A stretch of DNA of 64,000 bases from Candidatus Gastranaerophilales bacterium (GCA_944324315.1 CALUVW010000005.1:14927-78926), one strand, 5' to 3'. Counted from the first letter of the stretch, positions 17,691 through 28,380 are shown. Made by a program: numbers and translations. Notes: a model not told the origin generated them from the sequence alone.

Positions 17691-18326
17691 ATGAAAAAAG
17701 GGTTTACGTTAGCTGAAGTTCTGATAACACTCGGTATTATAGGCGTAGTAGCTTCAATAACCATGACGTCGTTGATTGCAGAGCATCAAAAGTTGGTGAC
17801 AGTTACAAAATTGAAAAAAGCTTATAACGTCTTAAATAATGCTATTAGATTGGCAGAAGTTGAACATGGAGATAAGTCTCAATGGGGTGATTCTAATAAC
17901 GATGAATGTGGACTTTATATTTATAATCATTATGTTAGAGGTAAATTAAAAGTTCTTAAAGATGTAGAAGATACTGGCTCTAATTGTCAATCTGATCCTG
18001 AAATTGTATTAGCTGATGGTATTGTTCTGGATTCTTTTATTAATTGGAGTCCCTTAAGTCGGGACGCTTTCACTGTTGATATAAATGGGGCAGCGGGGCC
18101 TAATAAAGTGGGTAGAGATAGATTTGACTTTTTCTATTCAAGTAAATATGGATATGCGCCTGCTGGTTTTTGTGATCATCCGGAATGGTCACCTTCCGAT
18201 TGTGTCGCAACAGATGGTAGTAGGAATGATGTGAAAAATGCCGGATGTAATGAGCGAAATAAGTTTTTATGTGGTGCATTAATTATGATGGATGGGTGGC
18301 AAATAAAAGACGATTATCCATGGTAG
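17691..18326 (+). CDS. Prepilin-type N-terminal cleavage/methylation domain protein with a classical short leader
   Basis: MKKG|FTLAEVLITLGIIGVVASITM, and a C-terminal VDINGAAGPNKVGRDRFDFF motif shared with the other paralogues. AGGAGG SD. Confidence 0.85.
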   Translation: MKKGFTLAEVLITLGIIGVVASITMTSLIAEHQKLVTVTKLKKAYNVLNNAIRLAEVEHGDKSQWGDSNNDECGLYIYNHYVRGKLKVLKDVEDTGSNCQSDPEIVLADGIVLDSFINWSPLSRDAFTVDINGAAGPNKVGRDRFDFFYSSKYGYAPAGFCDHPEWSPSDCVATDGSRNDVKNAGCNERNKFLCGALIMMDGWQIKDDYPW

Positions 18327-18376
18327 TGATTACATAAAAATTTATTTGTGCTAAAGTGGTTGAAAAGAGGTAGATA

Positions 18377-19681
18377 ATGAAAATAGCTTTGTTAAACCAC
18401 GGATGTGCAAAAAATCTTGTAGACAGCGAACTTATGCTCGGACTTCTTGCTCAAAAAGGGCATCAGGTTACATTAGATGATAATGATGCTGATATTGTTG
18501 TCGTAAATACGTGTTCTTTTATTCATGATGCCGAAAAAGAATCTGTTCAGGCAATTTTACAAATGGTGCAAGACGGGAAAAAAGTCATTGTAACAGGTTG
18601 TCTGCCTCAAAAGTATAAAGGAGAACTGAAAAAAGCTATTCCTGAAATCGCAGGAATGATTGGAACTTCTGATATAAAAGAAATTGTAGATATTGTTGAT
18701 AAAGTCGCAGGAAACAAAAAGTATGCCGAACATGTTTCCGAAAAACCCGAATATATATATCCTGAAAATATAGAACGTCAGCAAATTACTGTCGGTGCAA
18801 GCTCTTATATAAAAATTGCTGACGGTTGTAATTACCATTGTGGTTATTGTATTATCCCGCAGCTGCGTGGAGAATATCATTCAAGAACTATAGAAAATAT
18901 TGTTGAAGAAGCAAATTCGCTTGTCCAAAAAGGTGTAACCGAACTTGTACTTATTGCACAGGATACAACAAGCTACGGAATTGATTTATATGGAAAACAA
19001 GCTTTACCTAAGCTTCTTGAAGAACTCAACAAAATAGAAGGACTTGGCTGGATAAGAATTATGTACGCTTATCCTTCTCAAATGTCAGATGAGTTGATTG
19101 ATGCAATAGCGCGGCTTGATAAAGTTGTTAAATATATTGATCTTCCGCTTCAACACTGTAATGCAGAAATTTTAAAAGCTATGAGGCGTCCTGTTATGGA
19201 TTATGAAGCTTTAATAAAGAAAATAAGAGATAAAATCCCTTCAGTTGCTATAAGAACTGCATTTATAGTCGGATATCCAGGTGAAACAGATGAGCAGTTT
19301 AACGAATTATACGAATTTGTTAAACGTGTAAAATTTGATAAAATGGGAGTTTTTGAATATTCAAGAGAAAAAAATACAGTTTCATATTCAATGATGGAGC
19401 AGGTTCCTGCAAAAATTAAAAAACAAAGACATAAAAAATTAATGACTTTGCAGCAAAAAATTTCCAGAGAGATAAATGAAAGTTATGTTGGAAAAGTTTT
19501 GCCTTGTATTGTTGAAGGCTGCACTGATGACGGGGTTGTATTAATGCGTTCTGAGCATGACGCTCCAGAAATTGACGGAATGGTCTATGCATCATCTGAT
19601 AGTCAGGTTGTACCCGGTGACATTGAAAATGTTTTAATTGAACGTGCCGATGAATACGATTTATTTGGTATTTTACAATAA
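18377..19681 (+). CDS. rimO: Ribosomal protein S12 methylthiotransferase RimO
   Basis: N-terminal GCAKNLVDSE, a radical-SAM CNYHCGYC motif and a C-terminal TRAM domain. Confidence 0.85.
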   Translation: MKIALLNHGCAKNLVDSELMLGLLAQKGHQVTLDDNDADIVVVNTCSFIHDAEKESVQAILQMVQDGKKVIVTGCLPQKYKGELKKAIPEIAGMIGTSDIKEIVDIVDKVAGNKKYAEHVSEKPEYIYPENIERQQITVGASSYIKIADGCNYHCGYCIIPQLRGEYHSRTIENIVEEANSLVQKGVTELVLIAQDTTSYGIDLYGKQALPKLLEELNKIEGLGWIRIMYAYPSQMSDELIDAIARLDKVVKYIDLPLQHCNAEILKAMRRPVMDYEALIKKIRDKIPSVAIRTAFIVGYPGETDEQFNELYEFVKRVKFDKMGVFEYSREKNTVSYSMMEQVPAKIKKQRHKKLMTLQQKISREINESYVGKVLPCIVEGCTDDGVVLMRSEHDAPEIDGMVYASSDSQVVPGDIENVLIERADEYDLFGILQ

Positions 19682-19721
19682 TCAAAAGTTATAGTATAAT
19701 TTATACAATCTTAAAAAGGTA

Positions 19722-21182
19722 ATGATGGAATTTGTAGAAAATAGAGAAGTTGAAAAAGAACAATTAAAGGCTATTTTTAGGGATATGTTGAAATATTCTC
19801 CCTCTAAAATTATCGGCATGCTTGGCAATGCAATAATTGTTCCTGTGTATACAAGCCTGTTGTCTCCTGAACAGTATGGGCTATATTCGCTTTCTATTGC
19901 ATTATTGTCATTCTTGTGCATTATATTTTCTGATTGGGTAGGGCTTTCCGGACTAAGGTTTTTTAAGCATCATCAAATGACCCAGGATATGCCGAAATAT
20001 TTAACTACTCTTGTTACGATGCTTGTATCAAACATATTTCTTATGTTTATAATTGCATTTGTGTTCAGGCACAATTTTTACAGTTTTTTCAATATTCCTG
20101 TTAAATATTTCTTTGCTATTCTTGTGTTAATAATTCCTGTTGCAATAAGAGCTTTGTTATTTCAGCTTTTAAGAGCACAGCTTAAATCAATGTCTTTTAC
20201 ATTATCAACAATTATTAATCAGTTTTTAACAATACTTTTATCAATATTTTTTGTGAAATTTTTCCATTTAGGTGCAATTGCACTCCTTTTGGGTATGGGT
20301 GTTTCAATTTCTTTAATAGATTTACTCTTGATTTACCAGAGTAATATTTTGTCATGGTTCAAGCTGCAAAAAATTGAGTGGAATTCAGTTTTGCCGATTA
20401 TGAAATACGGGGTTCCTATTGCAGCTACTTCTTTGAGCGCGTGGATAATTAATCAGAGCAATAAATTTATTATGAACAGTATTCATGGTTTTTCTCAGGT
20501 CGGAATTGTCGGGGTTGCATACGGTTTGACCTTGCCTTTATTAATGACAATTTTTTCAATTATAACGGTTGCTGCCATACCTAGAATTATCAACATGTAT
20601 GAAGAGAAAATTGATGTAAGGCCTTTAATTTCCAGATTTACAGGATATTATATTCTCGTTTCTTTACCTGTAATCACAGTAATTTCTTTATATGCAACAG
20701 ATTATGTCCAGATGTTATCGTCTAATGACAAATTTCTTGATGCATTTCAGCTTATACCTTACTTTGCATTCGGAACATTTTTTATGGCAATAACTGACTA
20801 CACAACGTTGCAATATCATCTTGCAAACAAAACTTATATTGATTTTATCATTAAGTTAACATCTGGAATTTTGAATGTCGGTTTAAATATATTGTTAATT
20901 CCTAAATATGGTTTGGTTGGTGTTGGTATGGCAACGCTTGGAGCAAATTTCCTATATTTTCTTTTGAGTGTTATTATTGTTTTGCCGGGCTTAAGATTAA
21001 TTTTTCCGTTTTTAACAGTAAAAAGGATGATAATAGCAGCATTACCGTCGGCTGTAATGTATTATGTATTCTCAAAATATGTTCATATTCCGGCACTATT
21101 TGAAATGTTATTGTTAATAGCACTATTTTATCTGCTTTATTGGGTTTTAGCTGATAAATTAATGAAACGCAGTGCTAATTAA
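19722..21182 (+). CDS. MOP-superfamily oligosaccharide/polysaccharide flippase (Wzx-like)
   Basis: 486 aa, a profile of about 12-14 TM segments, and a polysaccharide-biosynthesis-protein-like N-terminus. Confidence 0.65.
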   Translation: MMEFVENREVEKEQLKAIFRDMLKYSPSKIIGMLGNAIIVPVYTSLLSPEQYGLYSLSIALLSFLCIIFSDWVGLSGLRFFKHHQMTQDMPKYLTTLVTMLVSNIFLMFIIAFVFRHNFYSFFNIPVKYFFAILVLIIPVAIRALLFQLLRAQLKSMSFTLSTIINQFLTILLSIFFVKFFHLGAIALLLGMGVSISLIDLLLIYQSNILSWFKLQKIEWNSVLPIMKYGVPIAATSLSAWIINQSNKFIMNSIHGFSQVGIVGVAYGLTLPLLMTIFSIITVAAIPRIINMYEEKIDVRPLISRFTGYYILVSLPVITVISLYATDYVQMLSSNDKFLDAFQLIPYFAFGTFFMAITDYTTLQYHLANKTYIDFIIKLTSGILNVGLNILLIPKYGLVGVGMATLGANFLYFLLSVIIVLPGLRLIFPFLTVKRMIIAALPSAVMYYVFSKYVHIPALFEMLLLIALFYLLYWVLADKLMKRSAN

Positions 21183-21371
21183 TAATTCTTTACATTAGTT
21201 AATAATTTGGCAACAAAAATTCTTTACAGATTTTAATTTTATAAATTGTGTTGTGTGTAATTTTATTAAGTATTTGTAATATTAAATGGTAAAACAAATT
21301 TGCTCTTGGTAAAATTATATAACCGGACGATTACAATATAATTAAAATAAAATTTGAAAGGAAATAGAAGT

Positions 21372-24300
21372 ATGATTCAAGTTAAAGCAGGTAAAAGAAA
21401 AGTTGTTGCATCGGCATTAACGTTTTGTTTCTTTTTGCAGCAGTCATTTTGCTTGCAGGTCGTGGCAACAAATATTACCGGTGTGGAAGGTGTAAACGGT
21501 GTATTTAATATAGATCCGACTGCAACTAACGGAGATATCGGCTTTAGAAAATATAATGACTTTAACTTGAGTCAGGGTGATATTGCTAATTTGATTTTCC
21601 ATGATTCAACAAGTGGCAAAGATATTTCTACGTTTGTAAACCTTGTTGACAATACAATTAATATCCGAGGGATTGTTAATGCAGTAAATGCCGCAGGAAA
21701 TATTGACGGCAGCGGGCATGCTGTTTTTGTTTCTCCAAATGGTATGGTTGTAGGAGCAAGCGGGGTTTTAAATGTAGGCTCTTTGTCTATTTTGACTCCG
21801 GAGCAGAGTTCATATGAAAAATATAAAAGTGATTTACGGAATCCTACTCTTATCAAAGATTACGAATCAAGATTGAGCACTCCAGGTAACGGTAATGTTT
21901 CTATCAACGGCAATGTTCTTGCACGTGATTTTATAGATATAAATGCAGCAAATGTAAATATCGGTAATAATGCTATTTTACTGGCTGGAGTAAAGGATAA
22001 TACAGTTCTATCATCCGGTGCACAAGCTGAAAGATTGTTTAATCAATTGGTTAACACTGATAATGTAAGTAACGCTAACAATCTGGCAAATGAAAACGGA
22101 AGCATTGTGATAAAGTCTTACGGTGCAAATGGTGGAACAAATGTTGCAGGAACTATGAAAAATTTTGGAGCCGGTAATATTCAAATTACTAATTCAGGCT
22201 CAAGAGGCGTAAATATTTCAGGAACAACAACAAATTTTAACGGAAATACGTTAATAGAGAATACAAACGGTGGAGTTAGCGTTTCCGGTAATGTAGAAAA
22301 TTCAGGTAATGCCGGATCTATAAAAATAAATAACAGTGGTGCTGAAGGTGTTAATATTTCCGGTGAGCTTTCTAACTATAATACTGCTAAGACATCCGGC
22401 AGTATAGGTGAAATTTCTATAAGAAATACCGGTTCTAAAGGTATATATGTTTCTGGAACTGTTTCAAATTCATCGAAGGGGAAGGAACAACAGACTAATA
22501 TCCTTAATTATAATGAAAATTCTGGTATAAAAATTTCTAATACCGGAAAAGTTGTAACTGATGGTGATGTAAATATAATTAATAACGGTACTGATGGTAT
22601 TAATGTAAATGGTATAGTTAACGGGAATAATATTAATATAGATAATCAAAATTCTAATGTTGTATTAGGTTACAATACCGGTAAAGATTATTTGAACGCT
22701 TCTAATAATGTTAATATCTCAGTTGTTAACGGAAACTTGCTAAATTACGGTACAACAGCAAATCTTATTAAAGCCGGTAATAATTTGAATATTGATGTTC
22801 AAAATGGTTCTATAGGTAAAGAAGTAGGACCTTGTGACGGTGGTATTTGTACTGGTATAGGACCTGATGCAAGAGATTTGACAAAATCTGTTAACATCGC
22901 AGTAGACGGCAAGGTTAGCGCTGAAAGTACTAAAGGCTCAAATAATTCTTTAATTAACCTTGCAAGCATAGACAAAAATATGAATGTTGATCGGATAAAA
23001 GCTGACGGCAGAGTTATTTTGCTTGCAGACAGTTCCGTAAAAGGTTCAAAAGCTTATGATATCGTTAATGCTTCTACAGATTCTACAAAACCGAATGTCG
23101 AAGGTGCAGGTATTTCAATAATTTCAAGCGGTAATATCGGTTCTAAAGACAATGCGCTCACTTTCAGACAGACTCAAGGAGTTTTCGGAAATGTTGATTC
23201 TAACTTGAATTATTCGTCAGATGCAAAATACGGTGTTGATATGCTTGCTATTAAAGATATTAACATTAAAGGACTGGATTCTGCAGACGGGAAAAAACTT
23301 GATACAAACGTATGCGGATTGATTTCACGTGAAGGTTCAATAAATGCAGAATTTTCAGGAGATACATATATAAGAGAAACTACTGCTGCTAACAATATAA
23401 ATATTGTTAACCGTGGCAAAGAAATTTATATAAGCAATTTAGGTGAAGTTCCAACCTATCCTCAAGATTATTTCGGTGCAAATGGAAATATAAATCCTGA
23501 TAAAGTTACAATTTCAGCATTAGACTTAGGAACATCATGGCCTAATAATCCTGCTGACTCAAGAATAATAATTAAGAATGCTGTTGTTGACGGTTTGGGG
23601 CTTGGCAGACCGTCACATGAACAGGATTTGACTCTTGTTGCAGATAATATTTATGCTGGCGGTTATTATTTTAATATGGGTAAAAATAGAGGACAAACAA
23701 GTGAAGATCCTTTAAGATTTAACCCTTCAAGTATAACTATTGATAACAGAACAAATAAAATTACGACATCTGATGGTGAAACGGTTTCCATAAGAGCAAA
23801 AGCGGTAAGACCTGATGATGTTACTGCAATTGGGAAAAATGAAGATGAACGTAATTATTATTATGGGGGTAGCTCTCAAGGTAAAGATGACGGATATGAT
23901 GGTGTAAACGGTGGAAATGATCCTGATAAACAAGGTTCAGAGGAAGATGATGATAACCTCGTAGTACCTAAGGAAGATGATCCTGTTATTCCCGTAGATG
24001 ATGATTCCGATTCAGACTCGGATACCGATACGGATACCGACACTGATACAGATATTGATACTGACACCGATACGGATACAGATACAGATGTCGATACCGA
24101 TACAGATAACGATAACGATAATGATAATGACAGTGATTCAGATACTGATATGGATACCGATACGGATAATGACACTGATTCAGATACCGACACTGATATA
24201 GATACGGATACGGATTCCGATTCAGACTCGGACACTGATACTGATACCGACACTGATACAGATATTGATACTGACACCGATACGGATACAGATACAGATA

Positions 24301-25292
24301 CCGATAATGATTCAGATACCGATAATGATTCAGACTCTGATACTGACAATGACACGGATAATGATAATGATTCGGATAATGACATGGATAGTGATACCGA
24401 TAATGATACTGACAATGACACAGATACCGATATGGATACAGATACGGACACTGACACTGATAATGATACCGATACAGATAATGACAGTGACTCGGATACT
24501 GATATAGACAGTGATACCGATACAGACATGGATACAGATTCAGATACTGATACTGACAATGACAGCGACAGTGATAGTGATAGTGATAGTGATAGTGATA
24601 ACGATTCCGATAGTGATACTGACTCGGATACAGATACAGACACTGATACTGATACCGATACGGATGTAGATACAGATACTGATAGTGACACTGATACAGA
24701 TTCAGACACGGATACTGACAATGACAGTGATAATGATACCGACAATGACAATGACAATGATAACGACAATGATAACGATATGGATTCAGATACTGACATT
24801 GATTCCGATTCGGATACCGACACAGACATAGATACGGATTCCGATTCTGATTCAGATTCTGACGATGATGATGATATTAGTATTCCTAATGAAGATATGG
24901 GAAAATATACATATAAACAGCGTGTTGTCGATTATAATGTAAATTCTATTGACAAACGTCAGTATATGAGATTTGATACAAGGGATAATCGTAATCCTGT
25001 TCATCTTGCAGAAAATACTCAAATTGAATCCTTATTAGATATATCGCGCGGCGGTATTGCAGTAACTCATAAAAACGGTTTGAAAGTCGGTGATGTTGTT
25101 CCTGTTCACATTTCATACGGTAATTTGGATATTAATGCAGATGTGAAAATAGTTTCAGCTAATGATAGACGGGCAGGAGCAGAGTTTATTAACCTTGACC
25201 AAGCTACTGCAAACAAGATTCTTTATATGAATATAATGCTTGAAGAGCAAACTGCAGCTAGAGCAAAAGATAATCTTTCATATTTAAAATAG
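21372..25292 (+). CDS. Giant exoprotein-like protein: signal peptide + TPS (haemagglutination-activity) domain + beta-helical repeats + acidic D-T/D-S/D-N repeat + C-terminal PilZ domain
   Basis: It has a signal-like N-terminus and a TPS-type motif ([24 protein letters not shown]). Gly/Asn-rich repeats such as NISG..NNSG follow, then about 290 aa of Asp-X dipeptides. The PilZ motifs are RQYMR (RxxxR) and DISRGG (DxSxxG). The ATG at 21372 is preferred over the TTG at 21354. Confidence 0.8.
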   Translation: MIQVKAGKRKVVASALTFCFFLQQSFCLQVVATNITGVEGVNGVFNIDPTATNGDIGFRKYNDFNLSQGDIANLIFHDSTSGKDISTFVNLVDNTINIRGIVNAVNAAGNIDGSGHAVFVSPNGMVVGASGVLNVGSLSILTPEQSSYEKYKSDLRNPTLIKDYESRLSTPGNGNVSINGNVLARDFIDINAANVNIGNNAILLAGVKDNTVLSSGAQAERLFNQLVNTDNVSNANNLANENGSIVIKSYGANGGTNVAGTMKNFGAGNIQITNSGSRGVNISGTTTNFNGNTLIENTNGGVSVSGNVENSGNAGSIKINNSGAEGVNISGELSNYNTAKTSGSIGEISIRNTGSKGIYVSGTVSNSSKGKEQQTNILNYNENSGIKISNTGKVVTDGDVNIINNGTDGINVNGIVNGNNINIDNQNSNVVLGYNTGKDYLNASNNVNISVVNGNLLNYGTTANLIKAGNNLNIDVQNGSIGKEVGPCDGGICTGIGPDARDLTKSVNIAVDGKVSAESTKGSNNSLINLASIDKNMNVDRIKADGRVILLADSSVKGSKAYDIVNASTDSTKPNVEGAGISIISSGNIGSKDNALTFRQTQGVFGNVDSNLNYSSDAKYGVDMLAIKDINIKGLDSADGKKLDTNVCGLISREGSINAEFSGDTYIRETTAANNINIVNRGKEIYISNLGEVPTYPQDYFGANGNINPDKVTISALDLGTSWPNNPADSRIIIKNAVVDGLGLGRPSHEQDLTLVADNIYAGGYYFNMGKNRGQTSEDPLRFNPSSITIDNRTNKITTSDGETVSIRAKAVRPDDVTAIGKNEDERNYYYGGSSQGKDDGYDGVNGGNDPDKQGSEEDDDNLVVPKEDDPVIPVDDDSDSDSDTDTDTDTDTDIDTDTDTDTDTDVDTDTDNDNDNDNDSDSDTDMDTDTDNDTDSDTDTDIDTDTDSDSDSDTDTDTDTDTDIDTDTDTDTDTDTDNDSDTDNDSDSDTDNDTDNDNDSDNDMDSDTDNDTDNDTDTDMDTDTDTDTDNDTDTDNDSDSDTDIDSDTDTDMDTDSDTDTDNDSDSDSDSDSDSDNDSDSDTDSDTDTDTDTDTDTDVDTDTDSDTDTDSDTDTDNDSDNDTDNDNDNDNDNDNDMDSDTDIDSDSDTDTDIDTDSDSDSDSDDDDDISIPNEDMGKYTYKQRVVDYNVNSIDKRQYMRFDTRDNRNPVHLAENTQIESLLDISRGGIAVTHKNGLKVGDVVPVHISYGNLDINADVKIVSANDRRAGAEFINLDQATANKILYMNIMLEEQTAARAKDNLSYLK
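23995..24876 (+). repeat. Coding low-complexity repeat (GAY-ACN/WSN/AAY)n encoding (D-T/S/N/I/M)n
   Basis: About 880 nt of near-periodic 6-nt units, read directly. Confidence 0.9.
24951..25255 (+). other. PilZ (c-di-GMP receptor) domain at the C-terminus of the TPS-domain protein
   Basis: KRQYMRFD...[11 protein letters not shown] gives the canonical RxxxR and D/NxSxxG motifs at typical spacing. Confidence 0.75.
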
Positions 25293-25315
25293 ATGAATTT
25301 TAAAATCAGTAAATA

Positions 25316-25354
25316 AAAACAGGAAACTAACTTAATTGGAAGTTTCCTGTTTTA
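25316..25354. terminator. Bidirectional intrinsic terminator between convergent genes
   Basis: Stem CAGGAAACT / AGTTTCCTG, flanked by an A-run and a T-run. Confidence 0.6.
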
Positions 25355-27121
25355 TACCATAGCACCTGTTGAAAGTCTGTAGTTCCTTATCCTTTGGAAT
25401 CTGCTGTCCTGACTTAAATCCCATTGAGGGGCGTATGTTCGATTATTATTGGCAGTGTAGTTGGTTTGAGTATTTTGAGAATTAAATCTTGCAGCTACTG
25501 ATGTTAAGCCGTTGCCTAATTTTTCCCAATCAAATTTTTGACTGGATTTAATTGTATTTGTTGCTGTATTGCTAAATTTTGAAACTGTTTTGTTCCCAAT
25601 TTCTTTTCTAGCTTTATCATCAAGCCCGCTGACAACTCCATTTTCTATTTTACCATGGGCATTTGTGACTGCAGATGAGAAAGTTGTTCTTGTTTGATCT
25701 GCGGCATTATTAACCGCTGTAAAGTTTGTTTCGCTAAGTTGACCGTTTTTAATATCGGAGAGCATATCTTTTGCATCAAGTTCACCCTTTGCCATCTTTT
25801 CTTGAAGTTGCGAACTTATAGATTTTTTCATTTCTTTTTCGCTCAAGCCGCCTAGCTGTTCTGTTGTCATTTCACTTACAGCATCTTTAGCAGCAGTATT
25901 TGATGCAAGTTTTTGAGTTGCCTGGTTTGCTTGTTCATTAATTTGATCAAATGTTTTTCCTAAATTTTTTGTTGACTTGCCGGCTGCAACTCCTGTCTGG
26001 ATAGCTGCAGCTGCACTTTGTAAAGCACCTGCCAGATTTCCGTCAGCTGCGTATGCTGCGGTTTTAGTAACATTTGCGGCAGCTTGTCCGTAGTTACCTA
26101 CCATTTCTGTTACTTTGCCGACTTTTTGCATAACATTTCCGGCTGCAATTAAGGCTGCTCCTGCACCGGCTGCCCAGGTCATTGATGAACCAAGTGCTAC
26201 CAAACCGACACCTGCATAATTAACTGCCTGCCCTGTCATTGCCACAAGTGCACTGATTTGGTCTACTTTATCTGCGACTTCTATAACTTTGCTGGTTGTA
26301 GATTGATTTGCTTCAATTTGTTTTGTGTTTGTTTGTTGAACTTTTATAAACTGGTTGTTAGTTTTCTGCATTTTTGTAATAGTTCTGGAAGAACTTCTTT
26401 GCAGAGAATAAATTTGCTGCCCGTTTGATTGAAGTAAGTTAATTTTTGTATTTAAAAAACTTGAAAGTTCATTTATTCTGTCTTGGTTTGGATTTGTTTG
26501 AGTACCATCATCATTTATAGTAAATGCGTTGGTAGACATAAGCGAGTCAAGTTCATTTTGGGCATTTTCAACTTCTGTTTGTGTTTCTTCGCTTTCTCGA
26601 ACAAGTTTTTCAAGAGTTTTATTGTCTTTTTCAAGAGCCTTTTCTTCTTTTTTTAACCTTGTCGTAAATGTTTTTTCATCTTTGGCGATTTGTTTATCTA
26701 GTTTTTGTGCATTGGTGCTAAAGCTGTTTACAGTTAATGTATTATTTTCTGTTTCAGCAGTAAGTGAGCTTACCTCATCACTGCTTTGTTCTGCAGCTGC
26801 GGCTGCAGCTCTTCCGTCAGCCGCATTATCAATACTCGTTATATTGTCAATTGAGCTTGTTCCGTCTCCGCCATCGGTGCTGTTGTCGGGATTTGGATTT
26901 GTAGTTGCTCTGGTGTGTAATTCTGTTAAAGTTCTTGCGGTATTCAAATCGCTGAGAGTTGTCGGATTTGTTGTTGTTCTTGCATTAGGGGCGTTAAAAA
27001 TTGAACCTGTCATTGTCATGTAATCAGGTTTTCTCGCGGCAGCAGCACTGGCTGCTTGTTTTTGCATTGCCAGTTTGACTAATTCAACCGGATTTCTGTT
27101 GTTTACGTTAGAAACGCCCAT
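25352..27121 (-). CDS. Hypothetical 589-aa protein: Thr/Asn-rich N-terminus, coiled coil, central Gly/Ala-rich hydrophobic hairpin
   Basis: No recognisable catalytic motif. It has a heptad-like KEEKALEKDNKTLEKLVRESEE region and a hydrophobic segment AGVGLVALGSSMTWAAGAGAALIAAG. Confidence 0.6.
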   Translation of the reverse strand: MGVSNVNNRNPVELVKLAMQKQAASAAAARKPDYMTMTGSIFNAPNARTTTNPTTLSDLNTARTLTELHTRATTNPNPDNSTDGGDGTSSIDNITSIDNAADGRAAAAAAEQSSDEVSSLTAETENNTLTVNSFSTNAQKLDKQIAKDEKTFTTRLKKEEKALEKDNKTLEKLVRESEETQTEVENAQNELDSLMSTNAFTINDDGTQTNPNQDRINELSSFLNTKINLLQSNGQQIYSLQRSSSRTITKMQKTNNQFIKVQQTNTKQIEANQSTTSKVIEVADKVDQISALVAMTGQAVNYAGVGLVALGSSMTWAAGAGAALIAAGNVMQKVGKVTEMVGNYGQAAANVTKTAAYAADGNLAGALQSAAAAIQTGVAAGKSTKNLGKTFDQINEQANQATQKLASNTAAKDAVSEMTTEQLGGLSEKEMKKSISSQLQEKMAKGELDAKDMLSDIKNGQLSETNFTAVNNAADQTRTTFSSAVTNAHGKIENGVVSGLDDKARKEIGNKTVSKFSNTATNTIKSSQKFDWEKLGNGLTSVAARFNSQNTQTNYTANNNRTYAPQWDLSQDSRFQRIRNYRLSTGAMV

Positions 27122-27292
27122 AGCTCTCCTGTTTATTTAATCTCTCTTAAATATATAAAAACTTTCAAATCTCCTTGATTTCAGCATGTATGCATGTTGT
27201 TACAATTGTTAATATTTAAAATTTGCTTTAATTTGTTGTTTTTGATAAAATTAATTTTGTATTTTAGTTAGTAAAAGAGGGAGATAAAAATT

Positions 27293-28105
27293 ATGAAACT
27301 AATGGAAGGTAAAAAGGGTGTAATATTCGGAGTCTCAAATACTCACGGTATTGCTTATGCAATTGCAAGACAACTCTATGAAGCAGGTGCTGATATTGCA
27401 TTTACTTATGCCGGCGAAGCTATGGAAAAACGTGTAAGACCGCTTGCAGAAGAAATGGGTGCTAAAATAATTATGAGCTGTGATGTTACAAAAGAAGATG
27501 AAGTTGCAGCTGTATTTAAAGAATGTGAAAGAGTTTACGGCAAGTTAGATTTTGTTGTTCATGCCGTTGCTTTTGCCGCAAAAGAAGATTTGCAGGGTAG
27601 ATTTATTGATACATCCCGTGCAGGTTGGGATCTTGCAATGGGTGTCAGCGCTTATTCATTAATCACACTTTGTAAGTATGCAGAACCTATTTTGAATGAA
27701 GGGGCATCAATTTTTGCTTTGACATATCTAGGTTCTGAATATGTTGTAGCAAACTACAACGTAATGGGTGTTGCAAAAGCAGCTCTTGAATCTTCAATGA
27801 GATACTTAGCAGCAGATCTTGGTAAGAAAGGTGTCAGAGTTAACTGTATTTCTGCAGGTGCTGTTAAAACTCTTGCTGCAAAAGGTATTTCTGGCTTTGA
27901 TAAAATGCTTAAAGCAGCCGTTGCAAAATCTCCGCTTAACAGAAATGTTGCATTAGAAGATGTAGGTAAAGCAGGTTTGTACTTAGCATCAGATTTATCT
28001 ACCGGTACAACGGGCCAAATCCTATATGTAGATTGCGGCTGCCACTCGGTTTATGCATCTTTAGAGGAAATGGAAATTATCGCAAATTCTATTCCAAAAG
28101 CTTAA
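27293..28105 (+). CDS. fabI: Enoyl-[acyl-carrier-protein] reductase (NADH) FabI
   Basis: GKKGVIFGVSNTHGIAYAIA, the Y-x6-K (YNVMGVAKAAL) catalytic motif, and a length of 270 aa. Confidence 0.9.
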   Translation: MKLMEGKKGVIFGVSNTHGIAYAIARQLYEAGADIAFTYAGEAMEKRVRPLAEEMGAKIIMSCDVTKEDEVAAVFKECERVYGKLDFVVHAVAFAAKEDLQGRFIDTSRAGWDLAMGVSAYSLITLCKYAEPILNEGASIFALTYLGSEYVVANYNVMGVAKAALESSMRYLAADLGKKGVRVNCISAGAVKTLAAKGISGFDKMLKAAVAKSPLNRNVALEDVGKAGLYLASDLSTGTTGQILYVDCGCHSVYASLEEMEIIANSIPKA

Positions 28106-28124
28106 ATAACTTAAATTTTTGAAA

Positions 28125-28162
28125 AAATAATCTCTGATATTATATCGGGGATTATTTTTTTT
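28125..28162 (+). terminator. Intrinsic terminator after fabI
   Basis: Stem AATAATC(T)C / G(G)GATTATT, followed by T8. Confidence 0.6.
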
Positions 28163-28196
28163 AAGGATTTATATACAAGTTTGGTCAAAACTTATA

Positions 28197-28225
28197 TTGA
28201 AAACATTTAAGAAATATGTTAAAAT
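28197..28225 (+). promoter_or_regulatory. Sigma70-like promoter for leader cassette copy 2 (TTGAAA-17-TGtTAAAAT)
   Basis: TTGAAA at 28197-28202, a 17-nt spacer, and an extended -10 TG-n-TAAAAT at 28217-28225. Confidence 0.5.
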
Positions 28226-28256
28226 ATAAATATCATAAAAAAGAAAAGAGTAATGT

Positions 28257-28310
28257 ATGAAGAGATTAACTATGCCTGAAATCCTCGGGGGGGGGGCAAT
28301 TCAGAGCTAA
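28257..28310 (+). CDS. Upstream mini-ORF (MKRLTMPEILGGGAIQS*) through a G10 tract; leader cassette copy 2
   Basis: Same C-terminus and stop context as copies 1 and 3. The SD (AAGAG) is weak. Confidence 0.35.
   Translation: MKRLTMPEILGGGAIQS
28287..28296 (+). repeat. G10 homopolymer (copy 2)
   Basis: Counted directly. Confidence 0.9.
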
Positions 28311-28355
28311 CAGGAGGTCATGAAGCCCAGAGGTCAAGAAGTCAAGAGATTAGTT

Positions 28356-28380
28356 TCATCCAGTATTTATTTCAGGATCT
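28356..28380 (+). repeat. Degenerate copy of the dispersed hairpin repeat within leader cassette 2
   Basis: In TCATCCAGTATTTATTTCAGGATCT the left arm is mutated relative to copy 1. Confidence 0.5.

Noticed and set aside
21183-21353. Direct 11-mer AATTCTTTACA x2 upstream of the TPS-PilZ gene as an operator
   Set aside because: It is a short AT-rich word seen only twice, and I cannot distinguish it from chance without genome-wide statistics.
23876-24829. 317-aa minus-strand ORF ([10 protein letters not shown]...) and short + strand ORFs at 23998..24201 and 24265..24507
   Set aside because: These are antisense or out-of-frame read-throughs of the Asp-X hexanucleotide repeat of the TPS-PilZ gene. 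They have low-complexity composition and no start context.
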